Positions 53,186 through 64,000 of a DNA stretch of 64,000 nucleotides are shown here, piece by piece. Numbering within the stretch: position 1 is the stretch's first letter; every line of letters begins with the position of its first letter. Origin of the DNA: Octopus vulgaris (Eukaryota); the NCBI GenBank assembly GCA_951406725.2, contig OX597828.1, forward strand, positions 74,834,001-74,898,000, given 5' to 3'. Position numbers and translations under genes: made by a program. The notes beneath the pieces were generated by a model. The model was not told the origin of the DNA and did not search any database. It saw only the letters and a program-made list of their open reading frames with translations.

Positions 53186-54510
53186 CTACAAAGAGAAACA
53201 GGTGGGGGGAGGTAAACAATGAGGAAAACCTGTGGGGGGGGGGGGTACTCAAATCACTAGTAAGTACACTTCACATCACACCTGGTGATTTACGTGTACC
53301 ATGCATATCATCATCATCCTCCTCCTCCTCCTTTAACGTCTGTTGTCCATGCTGGCATGGGTTGGATGGTTTGACCGAAGCTGGTAAACTGGAGAGCTGC
53401 ACCAGGATGCAGTCTGATTTAACTTGGTTTCTACGGCTGGATGCCCTTCTTAACACCAACCATTTTACATCATGAGCTGTAAAATGGTTAAAAGCATTTT
53501 AACCATTGGTTAAAATGGTTAACAATGGTTAACATTGTTAACCATTCATCATGTGATTTGGTTGACATTGTTAACCAAATCACATCATCAAAATCTTAAA
53601 GCAATGAAATAGTGCCTGATTAATTCAAAACAAAGCCAGATCCAGCCTTTCACACCTACCCTACAATGTTAATCTAATAATAAAAATGTTAACAATGGCT
53701 AACATTTCTAACAATGGTTAAAAATGGTTAACAATGGTTAAAAGTCATGTTAAAAGCATGATGCTTTTAACATGACACTGTCACAGGACTCATGTAGGCC
53801 AATCCCCCTCATGGCAGCCTTAACTCTTTTGTTGTGTAGGACTAAATATAACATATAAGGGGTGTCTACAGTGTCAACCATAATGATACAGATGTCAACA
53901 TAGTCAAATAGAAAAAGACACTATAAGGGGATCAATAGTCAACCAGACTGTGATGGACATCAACACTGTCAACCAGAAAATAATGACAGTGTATGAAGGG
54001 TGTCAATGGTCAACAATAATACAACACTATGTGAAGTGCCAAAAGTGTCAACCACAATGACACGGACAGCATCAATACTGTCAACAAAAATGAGATGTCA
54101 ACATTGACAACCAACTGCAACATGGGAAACCAGCATGGGAATACTATGTGACAGAAACAGCAGTCAAATCCCATAAAAAACAAGGAAATGAATACAAAAT
54201 AATGCCGTCTGACGATAGATTATATGTGTAAAAGGTAAAAATAAAAATTTTGACTGACTTGACTCTGATCATAGGTTTGCTGTACAAAGGCTGTCCTGGG
54301 GTTAAATAGCAAGTCTGATTCAAAACTCTACACTCTTAGAAAATAAAAAGGAATAGTCCCTCGAAAGGTGTAGTCCCAGGTACACTAAGCCAGGAAGAGA
54401 TGGTTGTTTTCTGGCATGTCAATGACAGTCCTGCTTGTTGCTACAGTAACAGAATATCACTGCAGAACTTTTTATAAAAATGAGATAAAAAAGTTTTATG
54501 GAGCACTCAC

Positions 54511-54719
54511 TCATGAGCCATGCAAACACCTTTGATTTGTGCCGTGGCAGGTTCAAAAATATTCGGAGGGAGTGCAAGGTAGAAGATGCGGTTGCATTTT
54601 CCCTTCGCTTCTAATAATTCATTTAGTTTTTCAAAGTCTTCTTGGCTGTCGTAGTTCCCTGACATGTACTCGTTGATCTTGAAGAAACTCTGCAACAGTT
54701 CCATCTCATCACTTTTCAC
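54511..54719 (-). CDS. G6PD: G6PD exon
   Basis: 209 bp; VKSDEMELL...KCNRIFYLALPPNIFEPATAQIKGVCMAH. Confidence 0.95.
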
Positions 54720-55216
54720 CTGTAACAAACAACAACAACAACAACAAATAGTTAAACATAGTATTTAACCCAAGGTCACTCATAACCGAGAAAACTTATG
54801 ATCAAAAGTGTTCCAGCCATGAACATCCCATCTTTTCAGACAGTTTAAGCTACATTATCTAAATCAGTGGATCCCAACCATTTTCTGCCTATGGACCCCT
54901 CGGATACCTATTTTACTCTCTGGATCACCATAAGGTATTCGGTGTATATAAACCAATCATATTGCATCTTTATAATTAAACATTATTAGGAATTGTATAA
55001 AAAAACAAATTGTTGAACTATTTCATTTTATTTTAGAAGTGGTTGGCATTTGGAAGGGCGTCCAGCTTTAAAAACCACACCAAAACTGACCTCGCTAGAG
55101 CTGGTGCCATGCAAAAAGCACTCAGTCCACTCTGCTGAGTGGTTGGCATTTGGAAGGGTGTCCAGCTGTAAAAACCATGTCAGAACTTATTGAGAAAGAA
55201 CAAAGACTTGTCTTAC

Positions 55217-55325
55217 CTTCATATATGGCTGTACTTTCTTGAAGATATCTGACATTTCCAGTTTACTTCGAGCAAACCCAATGAAATAGGTTTCAGGTGG
55301 AAGTAACTTGTCTCTGAAGAGACAC
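55217..55325 (-). CDS. G6PD: G6PD exon
   Basis: 109 bp; CLFRDKLLPPETYFIGFARSKLEMSDIFKKVQPYMK. Confidence 0.95.
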
Positions 55326-55475
55326 CTGTTGTAACAACAACAAACATAAACAGAATTTAGACACACTTTTAACAAAATCAACAGAAAAAGTTAGTCAGAA
55401 CTAAACGGTAAGATGCCTATGTCATGCATGATTAATGACCTGTGTGGGTATGGAAATAAAAAACAATATATTTAA

Positions 55476-55923
55476 CCCTTTTGATACCAACCTGGCTGAA
55501 ACTGCCTCTGGCTCTGTTAGTACAAATGTCTTGTTTTTAAAAGTTTTGAATTAAAATTTTCCACCAAACCTTAGTCATAATTTATGTCCCTAACACCAGC
55601 TGAATGGTAACTAAGTTATTTTACTAAATTTTTTGTTATATTTAAAGTAATTGAAAGAAACACAGAGCATCTCAACAGAAATATGGTAACAAAAGGGTTA
55701 TCAAATGATTAATTTAACCCTTTTGATATCAACCTGGCTGAAATCACCTCAGGCTCTGAGTACAAATATCTTGTTATCATAAGTTTTTAATTAAAATCTT
55801 CCACCAAAACCGTAATCACAATTTATGTACCTAACTAATGATATTTTACTAAATTCTTTGTTATATTTAAAATTAATTGAAAGAAACACAGAGCATCTCA
55901 ACAGAAATTCAGTAACGATAGGG
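55476..55923. mobile_element. Two adjacent TTAA-flanked piggyBac-type MITEs (55476-55697, 55718-55923)
   Basis: TTAA-CCCTTTTGATACCA...TGGTAACAAAAGGG-TTA(A/T); fragments at about 20150-20247, 37383-37933, 46752-46848. Confidence 0.75.
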
Positions 55924-57121
55924 TTAACGCACAATATATGGATTTATATGATCTGGTGATCATCACAAAACAGCTCCTTTTGTGGACCAGGCTAGAAACC
56001 ACAGATTAAAACCTAAACATAAGAGTGTATAGCCTTATGCAGTTGAAAACCAATAAATCCTATCACTGAAGGTTATTTCACAAGGAGTATATAGAATATA
56101 AAGTCAGGAGGTCTGAGATGAATATATTTCACCATTCTGATATCCATAAGATTATGACTGTCTCACAGCCAACATCAGGGGAAAATAATTTATTTAGTGT
56201 ATAATAAATTATTTTACATGCCTGCTCTAGTGTCATCACCGTCATCATTTAACAGCCATTCTCCATGCTGGCATGGGTTGGCTGGTTTAACTGGAGCTGA
56301 CAAGCTGGAGAGCTGCACCAGGCTCCAGTCTGATTTGGCATGGTTTCTACAGTTTGATGCCCTTCCTAATGCCAACCACTGCAGAGTATTATTGAATATT
56401 TTACAAGCTAATATGTAGAAGCATTATTCTCCATTTCAGACAGAATTTATGGATCAACATTCTTTGTAGCAACAGGATTTCATGAATTACACATAATTAT
56501 TGGATCAATTATCATTCTATGTTTAAGACGACATTTTGTATGTCTATATTGGAGTTGGAAAATGGATGTAACCATGACATTCTGTTGATCTGAAGAGCTA
56601 GCCTTCTATACCTGTATCACATTGTAAACTGTACAACAGTACTATGTAATTTGCAATGTGCACACTAATGTAGATAAGTAAAATAATTTATTCATCATTA
56701 TCATTTAATGTCCACTTTCCATGCTAGCATGGGTTGGACGATTTGACTGAGGACTGGTGAACCAGGTGGCTGCACCAGGCCCCAATCTTGATCTGGCAGA
56801 GTTTCTACAGCTGGATGCCCTTCCTAATGCCAACCACTCCGAGAGTGTAGTGGGTGATTTTATGTGCCACTGGCACAAGGGCCAGTCTGGCAGTACTGGC
56901 AAAGACCACACTCAAATGGTGTTTTTTACGTGCCACCTGCACAGGAGCGAGTCCAGTGGCACTGGCAACGCCCTCGCTTGAATGTTTTTATACATTAAAA
57001 TAAATTATTTTTGCACGATGTTGGCTCTGAACAATCTTAATCTTAACAATATCAACTGGTGAAGTAAATACAATCCTATCGTACCTCCTGGCTCTAAATT
57101 CTAAATAACAATATACATTGT

Positions 57122-57473
57122 TAGAAAATTACTATTTTTAAATCTCACAACGTGAGATATTCAGCAACGGTACTTTGTAGTAAAGATTGTTTGCCAACAT
57201 AACATGGCAGTCCTGGTCTAGGACGAATGTTGCTGTAATTTAGCCCCAGGAGACATTGTCTCTAGCTGGCTATGAAGAGAAATAACCCAGAAATCACGAT
57301 ACACACATTGTTTTGAGCTGAGTGGGGATGCTAGATTCCCCTGTTTGAAAATATAAGGATACAGACCATGTCATATAGCCAGCTGGAGACAATGTTTCCT
57401 GGGGCTAAATTACAGCAACATTCGTCCTAAACCAGGACTGCCATGTTATGTTGGCAAACAATCTTTACTACAA
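57122..57473. mobile_element. Inverted-repeat element (about 99 bp arms) flanked by a 14 bp direct repeat
   Basis: 57175-57273 is the near-perfect reverse complement of 57375-57473; ACAATATACATTGT at 57108-57121 and 57470-57483. Confidence 0.75.
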
Positions 57474-58258
57474 TATACATTGTGATGAAATGTAGATGTT
57501 AAAACTGAAGACCGTTTCTGGCGATTCATGTCTTCAATACAGAGAAGAAGATGGAGATTCTATCTTCTTCATAACCAGAAAACCAAAAAAAAACCCCACC
57601 ATTCTTCCCTTTTGCTCCACAAATGATCAATTCTTGACAAGGTTCAAATAAAACCCACAACAGAGTACTGTTTCCACAATCAATCTGGTGATGCTACTGC
57701 AACATACATATCCTAGATAGCTTACGAACATGACCACTTGAGTGATTGTGATAGAGTTGTTCCCCGACACACACCAACCTCCGGCCTTCTGGTCCACAGA
57801 AGTGGCCACTGCTCCTGTACTACCTATACTCAGATGAGCCCCATCTCCCTCATCTCTCTCCCTGTCCCACCACCAGGCCCTACACCAACCCCAACACCTG
57901 GTCTTTTCTTCACAGTACATTGGCGCTATCGATCTCTCTCAAATTCCCCACCCTCTCACACCTACTCTAGAATGTCATTCTAAACAGTCACATCATTGAA
58001 ATCTGAAAGCTTTGAGAGATTATGTAGGATTAATTCAAAATTATGCAAATAAATAAGGATTACATTTGACAGAATAATCAGTATTAGTATTAGCAGTAGT
58101 AAAGTTAATTTAGTTTTTTTTTGTTTTTTTTAAGTCAATTAACTTAAGTTATATAGATTTATAAATTAAAATTTCACAACTTTATTATGGCTGCAGGAAC
58201 TAACAGAATATTCCAGAATTCTTCTGTTTATTCAGAAAATGTAAAGTAAAACATTTAC

Positions 58259-58296
58259 CATAGCGTCGGATATATCTTCTTTCTGGCTAAATCTCC
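58259..58296 (-). CDS. G6PD: Glucose-6-phosphate 1-dehydrogenase, first coding exon present in window (upstream exon with start codon not found)
   Basis: 38 bp, AG/GT on minus strand; GDLARKKIYPTL(W), second half of the GASGDLA dinucleotide-binding motif. Confidence 0.95.
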
Positions 58297-61200
58297 CTGG
58301 AAAAGAAAATGAAACGGAGAAACATGAATTTTAAACCGAATCCATCAGTCTTTAGTCTCAGACACACAAAGCATTGTCCACTTATTTTGGGCAGCACTGC
58401 TACATCACATTTACACAGCCATACACAGAGTGTTGGCCAACTATTTTGGACACTTACTACTACTACTACTACTTCTACTACTACATATTGGTCACATAGA
58501 GGGCATATGGCTTAGTGGTTGGAGTGTTGCTCTCACGATCGCGAGATTGTGGGTTTGGTTCCCAGACCAGGCGGTACAATGTGTTCTTGAGCAAAACCCT
58601 TCATTTCATGTTGCTCTGCAATCACTTCGACACCTGACATGGGGCACACCATACACCTGTACAGGTAATATCCGTCTGATGGAGGAAGTGGGTTAAATGC
58701 ACAGCACAAACACTTGATCTCTATAAACCAATCATCTGAGCAGATTGTTCGGTAAGAAAGAGCAGAACCTTCTTTCTTGGACTTGAGAAACTATCATTAA
58801 ATTATTAATTAATTAGTCGTATAACTGGAGAAGTTCTGTTGGTAAGCTTCATTCATCAACATTGTCTCATCTCTCTACCACTACTACATCCTCCTCTGCT
58901 CTTATGAATTAACATTTCACAAGTCAATGGAAGATCTAACGAGATGTCAGAGAGACCAATGGTGAAAGTAATTAAGTCAAAGACAAGAACACATTTTCTT
59001 TTGCAGATAATCCAATATGGACACAAAAGAAGGCAAAGAACTACCCAGCTGGGTGCCATGTCTAGCTTCTTCTTCCTTTTGTTATTCCCAGTGTGTCACC
59101 CTTCAATTTAAACATTTTCCTCAATCCTTCTTCCTCGGAACTACCAGCTTATGCGTCCCCTGCCTCCATCATCTCCCACACTTCAACTTATGGATGAGGA
59201 AGCTGAACATCAAGTGCAAAGATTGAAAGTGCTGATTCCATTCCTCTAATATCTTCTGTCTTGGAGAGATCTGCAACAATTATCAATACTACTTCTGTTC
59301 TTCTGAGCCAAATTGGAAAGAGATTGTCGCAGCAGACCAAAGAAGACATGGAAAGAAATGGTAAAGTCTGTACTCAGACTTCATGATGAAGCAGCCATGA
59401 AGTGGCTTGATCAAATTGTAAGATTCTGAGGGAATAGACTCCAGTGGACCCCCATAGCCATTCAATGTTTAAATAAATTATTTTATAATTAAATATTATT
59501 AGGAATTATATTTAAAAAATGTTGAAATGTTTTGTGTACTGTAGAAGTACATCCAATTTGTTGCAGATAAATTTTAAGAATCTTATATGGATCCCCAAGG
59601 GTCATATTGGACCCCAGCTGAGAAGCACTGATTTAGACTATGCCCTGCACCACCATAAATATTGCAGTTATGAGCTAATGAGGTGGTTTCTATACAGTTG
59701 CTTCGTCTGCAGGAAATAGCAGCCAAATTTCCCTCAAATCATACTTAGTGTCCTTATAAGGCAAACATACATGTGTATTTTTATGCCCTGCAAGTTAGCA
59801 GTCTGACAAATAGAAATCAATAAAATAAGCAACAGACAGAAGTAAATACTGGGGTCAGTATGACTGAAGGTGGTGCCCCAGCATGGCCACAGTACAATGA
59901 TTGAAGCCAGTAAGCTTATGAGAGAGTATTGGATAATATAGAGTTAGAGAAATGTGAAAAAAAAAATTACAAAAACTAAAAAACAAAAGTGGGGAGATGT
60001 GACTGTCATGGTTGGAGAACCTTGTAATATAATAGGTTTATCAGATCAAAGAAGGTCTGGAACGAAATAACAAGCATGGCTACACTCTGTTTGAATTTGC
60101 CATTTGTTGTTAGATTAAAAGGAGAAAATAGTTGACACAAATGGCTTCAAAGGAAAATTGGGACGAAATGACAAAATGGATTCCTATACATGTACAGTCA
60201 GCATGAGATATCACTTTCCTATTGTTGTAGTCACCAAAATACGATATGAAGTGTGTGAATGTTTGTTGCATAGGGAAACCAAAAATACCTGAGCTGTCAG
60301 TGACAGGTTTGTATGACCTACTGACATGTACCAGGGTTTCAGCAATTGTTTTAATGTAAATGCCTGTGTGGTCCCAGGTAGACTTAGACACACTCTTGGT
60401 ACGTACATATTCTTTTGTTTGTCATTCGACTGTAGCCATGCTGGAGCACCGCCTTTATTCAAACAAATGATGAGTATATTAGGCTTCATATATTTGTACC
60501 CCAGAGTCACTTTGATGGCATGCATTGCTCTCTCTCACTCAATAATAATAATAACAATGAAATTATTGTGTACAATGCTCAGGTGCACTACAACTCCTCA
60601 AAGATTCATGTATAGTAAATAGAATTATGTAGAAAAGTCAGGAAAGTGAACAGTGTGTGAATCCTGATATACACGTGTACATGCATATGGAGGTGGGTAT
60701 CAGGTGTGGGGTTGGCGAATTTCAGGAAGTTTGATTAACTCTATAACAGTAAAACTGGCTGCATGCATTCCAAGAATTCTACCTGTTTTATATTCAAACT
60801 GACCAGGTCCTACCTCTCAAACATACTCTACCTGAGCTGTAGGTTATGTTTGAGATAAACTGTTTATCTTAATGGTAAATGACAAATTGCTTATCTAATG
60901 AGAAATAATCACATCGTGGAAGTCTCAAAGCTGTGAGACAATGCATGATTAATTCCAGACAATGGAACTAAATAAGCATCACATCTGAATGCTAAAGGGT
61001 TAGATTTTAACAATTTTTACAGAAATATCTTAGATTTATATAATTTGCATAATATATAATATTAGTTCACAATTTACATAAAAAAAACCTTATATTTATA
61101 TAACAACCGGTGGACAAAGGTTAACAGAGAAACTAACATGAGAACTGGGTCTATTGTTACACACCAACGATTTATGAAAGTAATGTGACTTCTTTTGTGA

Positions 61201-62155
61201 GAAAAATACCATCAAGTGAATGGTATGAAGAGCAAGAGGGGTGAGCAGAGAACTGAACATCATCATCATCATCATCACTGCCATCATTACCACGAAGCCA
61301 ATGGCAGGGAGGAGGGGAAAGAGTGAAGGGGAGATGTGAACTAACATCGTTGCCATTAACATGACAAAGAAGGGGAGGCACTGACTCGCCCCCTCCCCCA
61401 CAATGACAGCCATCTGAAGCCATAAATACTGGTGTGTGTGTGTGTGTGGTGGGGAGGAACACAATGAGTAATATTAACTGCAATTTTGACAGAAGAAAAT
61501 ATATTTTTTTACAAATGTTCACTCCCTTACAAAAACTATTTATCAGCAAATGACCTTTTTAAATGCATTAAAAATATTATAACATACGAGCAAAACGCCC
61601 CCACCCCCTCCGTCCAATGGACGGTGCTGCGTTGTCAAACATTTAAACCAAATTTTCTCAAAACAACTTGTCTGACCGTCCCATAGACCTCCCCTTTGAG
61701 AAACACTGATTTAACCTTTAAAATTTGAGACACCAGCAAAAGAAGAAATAAAGATAAACTTTTTTTCTATTCCAAAGGAAAACGATTTTATTCACACAAA
61801 TATGCAACCGAAGAGTTTAAAGTACCAGTAATGATAAGGCTGTTGACTGGGAGAACACAAACATGGTTTAAACCGTAAGCTTGGCAGGAAAGAAACGTGC
61901 CTTTAAGCAGTACAAAACCAACAAAAAATGGAAGGTGCTGTTAGGTACAGGTTGACGGAAGAAAAGCAGGACAAAAATGGCTTTATCAATCGCATTCTCA
62001 CCTGGAATCGATTTTTGTAATTTTTTCAAGACTTATACACGCCCTGATACTGTTGGTATCTACATATCAAATTTGAGCACAATCAGATGGACGATGCCCG
62101 AAATCCTAGAAGACACACAGACAGACAAAACGGATTTTATATAAGAGATTTGGAA

Positions 62156-62545
62156 CAGTTCTACATTTGAGAGATGAGGAATTATGCACATTATTTACAT
62201 TATTTACATTTGATGGATATTTGTCCTCATCTTGTTTGTTAAGGAAGGATAGGAAAAAACAAAAAATTAGATTTATAAGCCCTAAAATTCACTCCATAAT
62301 TGCCCACAGGAATATGACGTAGTGTTTAAGAGTGCGGACTACTAATCCCAAGACTCCGAGTTCGATTCCAGGCAGTGGTCTAATAATAATAATAATAACA
62401 GAAAAATACCTTAGGAATGAGAACTCAGGTTCGAAATTTCCCCAAGACACCTGAAGAAGGCTGGAGGGTATATCAGCCGAAACGTTGTGTTAACAACAAA
62501 TAAGATGAGGACAAATATCCATCAAATGTAAATAATGTAAATAAT
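62156..62545 (+). mobile_element. tRNA-headed, hammerhead-containing non-autonomous retroelement with inverted tail copy
   Basis: A/B-box head 62310-62380, (TAA)n, hammerhead, and a 51 bp inverted repeat 62190-62240 vs 62495-62545 (50/51 match). Confidence 0.6.
62446..62491 (+). ncRNA. Minimal type I hammerhead ribozyme motif (Penelope-like)
   Basis: GACAC-CTGAAGA-A-GGCTG(loop)CAGCC-GAAA-CG-T-T-GTGTT: stem I, conserved core, 5-6 bp stem II, palindromic ACGT stem III. Confidence 0.7.
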
Positions 62546-62729
62546 ATATTCAGAACACTGTTTCAGAAAATTTGTTTCTTTTGAGAGCAAAATGTAAATT
62601 TGCCTCTTCAGTTCTCCAGAATTATATTTGACAAAAAAGATTGATACACATCGATATCCATCTTTATTCATTAGAAAGATGAGAAATGCAACAACAACAA
62701 AAAAAAATTAAAGATATCTAGGTCAAATG

Positions 62730-62889
62730 CAGTGGTCCCTAACCTTTTCACTACCAAGGACTCCCTTTTATTTAAATGATATTTTTGCATGGACCCCAGG
62801 ATACTGAAAGATCTGCCAGCTTAACATGTTCACCCCCCCCCCCCACCACCACCACCAGGGATTTGCAGACCACAGGTCGGGAACCACTG
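62730..62889. mobile_element. hAT-type MITE with perfect 8 bp TSD
   Basis: GTCAAATG at 62722-29 and 62890-97; TIRs CAGTGGTCCCTAACC / GGTCGGGAACCACTG; related degenerate elements at about 14897-15222, 30812-30985, 54865, 59445-59630. Confidence 0.85.
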
Positions 62890-63459
62890 GTCAAATGAAA
62901 GAGGATCATAAGTAAAATGGTACATGATATGAAATTAGTGAAAACTCAAAAGAAAATCTTTTCTATAGCTTCGTCTTGACCTGCTGGAATGGCTCTCTTT
63001 GTGGTATATATATGTCCCATGCAGGTCAAGAGAAGGAATTATCAAAATTAGTCGTTACTCATTTTGCCCCATCGCAGACAATGTTTTTGAAGGTTGAAAA
63101 TGGTCAAATTAGACATTAGTGTTTGGTGGTGGTGGTGTGTGTGTGTGGGTGGGTGGGTGTTGGGATTGACTTGGAATCCAAGAGAGGAAAGAATTTTGGT
63201 CTGATTGTTAAACACCAAAAATTATCCAGATATTTCATTAGCAACCTCAATTAAAATCAGATCAAAGTCGAGGAGAAATTTGTTGGGGTGGGGTGGGGTG
63301 AGGGGCGGTAAATAAAATCCCCGTCCCCTGACTACGTTTCAAACTCTCTCTCAACTCTAACAACAACAACAACAATTATGCTGACCAATTTTTTACCCTC
63401 AAAGACGATGAAACAGTCATTAACGTGCTAGGGAGGGGCAGTAAAGGCGGTCCGTTGTG

Positions 63460-63680
63460 GGCAATGTGTTTTTTGTGGGGTCTAGAGGTTGCAAATGGAA
63501 GGGCTGCCCTGGGAGGTACTTTTGGGTCTGCTGTAGAGATTATGTGTTTTTTGTGGGATCCGGGGGGTGGCAAACGGTAGGGCCACCCCGGGCAGCACTC
63601 TGCTGTAGACATTGTGTTTTTTGTGGGGTCCTGGGATAGCAAACAGAAGGGCCATCCCGGGCGGCTCCCATTCTAGCTAT
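63460..63680. repeat. About 70-77 bp minisatellite, three units
   Basis: TGTGTTTTTTGTGGG...GCAAA.GG.AGGGC..CCC.GG repeated three times. Confidence 0.8.
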
Positions 63681-64000
63681 GCTAGTGGCAACAGTACAAA
63701 ATATTGATGTAATACTTGCAATGAAACGGTTTCAAAGAGGTAAGAAGAAAATATCCGTGTCCTATATGTGAAGTGGGGTCTATGGCACATGGCTGAATGC
63801 ACCAAAAACTGTCCTGAATAAGAACTGCTGATTGAAATTGTGGTGCGTCTACTGCCGTCAAGTACAACAGGTATGTAGGTTGGTAGGTAGGTAGAGAGGC
63901 GGGTGGATGGGTAGGTAGAAGCGGGTGGATGGTAAGTATATAAATGGGTGGGTAGATGGCTAAATAAATGGATGGATGGTATATGGCAAGTGAAGGGAGA

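Noticed and set aside
61985-62149. Possible Helitron 5' end on minus strand (TCTCTTATATAAAA...TGTCTGTCTG)
   Set aside because: No matching 3' hairpin/CTAG end or second copy identified
63679-63876. Possible plus-strand exon ending CAACAG|GTATGT
   Set aside because: No convincing reading frame or recognisable protein
58300-64000. G6PD start exon ending ...GAS
   Set aside because: Searched the minus strand by eye and did not find it; presumably beyond the window

Overview
Eukaryotic, AT-rich, microsatellite- and SINE-dense genomic DNA. It is most likely a coleoid cephalopod (Octopus-like); this is inferred from the repeat landscape and not verified. Two intron-rich genes face each other. (1) A G protein alpha-i subunit on +: coding exons 2-8 at 3874-31308, with exon 1 upstream of the window. 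(2) Glucose-6-phosphate dehydrogenase on -: 11 coding exons at 58296-39577, with the first coding exon beyond the window end. All 18 exons have GT-AG boundaries and join in frame. The introns hold at least four SINE-like families (my labels A-D), TTAA, hAT and mariner-type MITEs, a Helentron-like element carrying a Gypsy fragment, an RTE remnant and many simple repeats. The most unusual signals are three short non-coding elements with hammerhead-ribozyme-like cores. The best of them (62.2-62.5 kb) joins a tRNA-like Pol III head, a minimal type I hammerhead and an inverted copy of its own tail, which suggests a Penelope/retrozyme-like non-autonomous system. Nearly all ORFs in the supplied track are microsatellite or SINE artefacts. 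Repeat boundaries are approximate and were read by eye.
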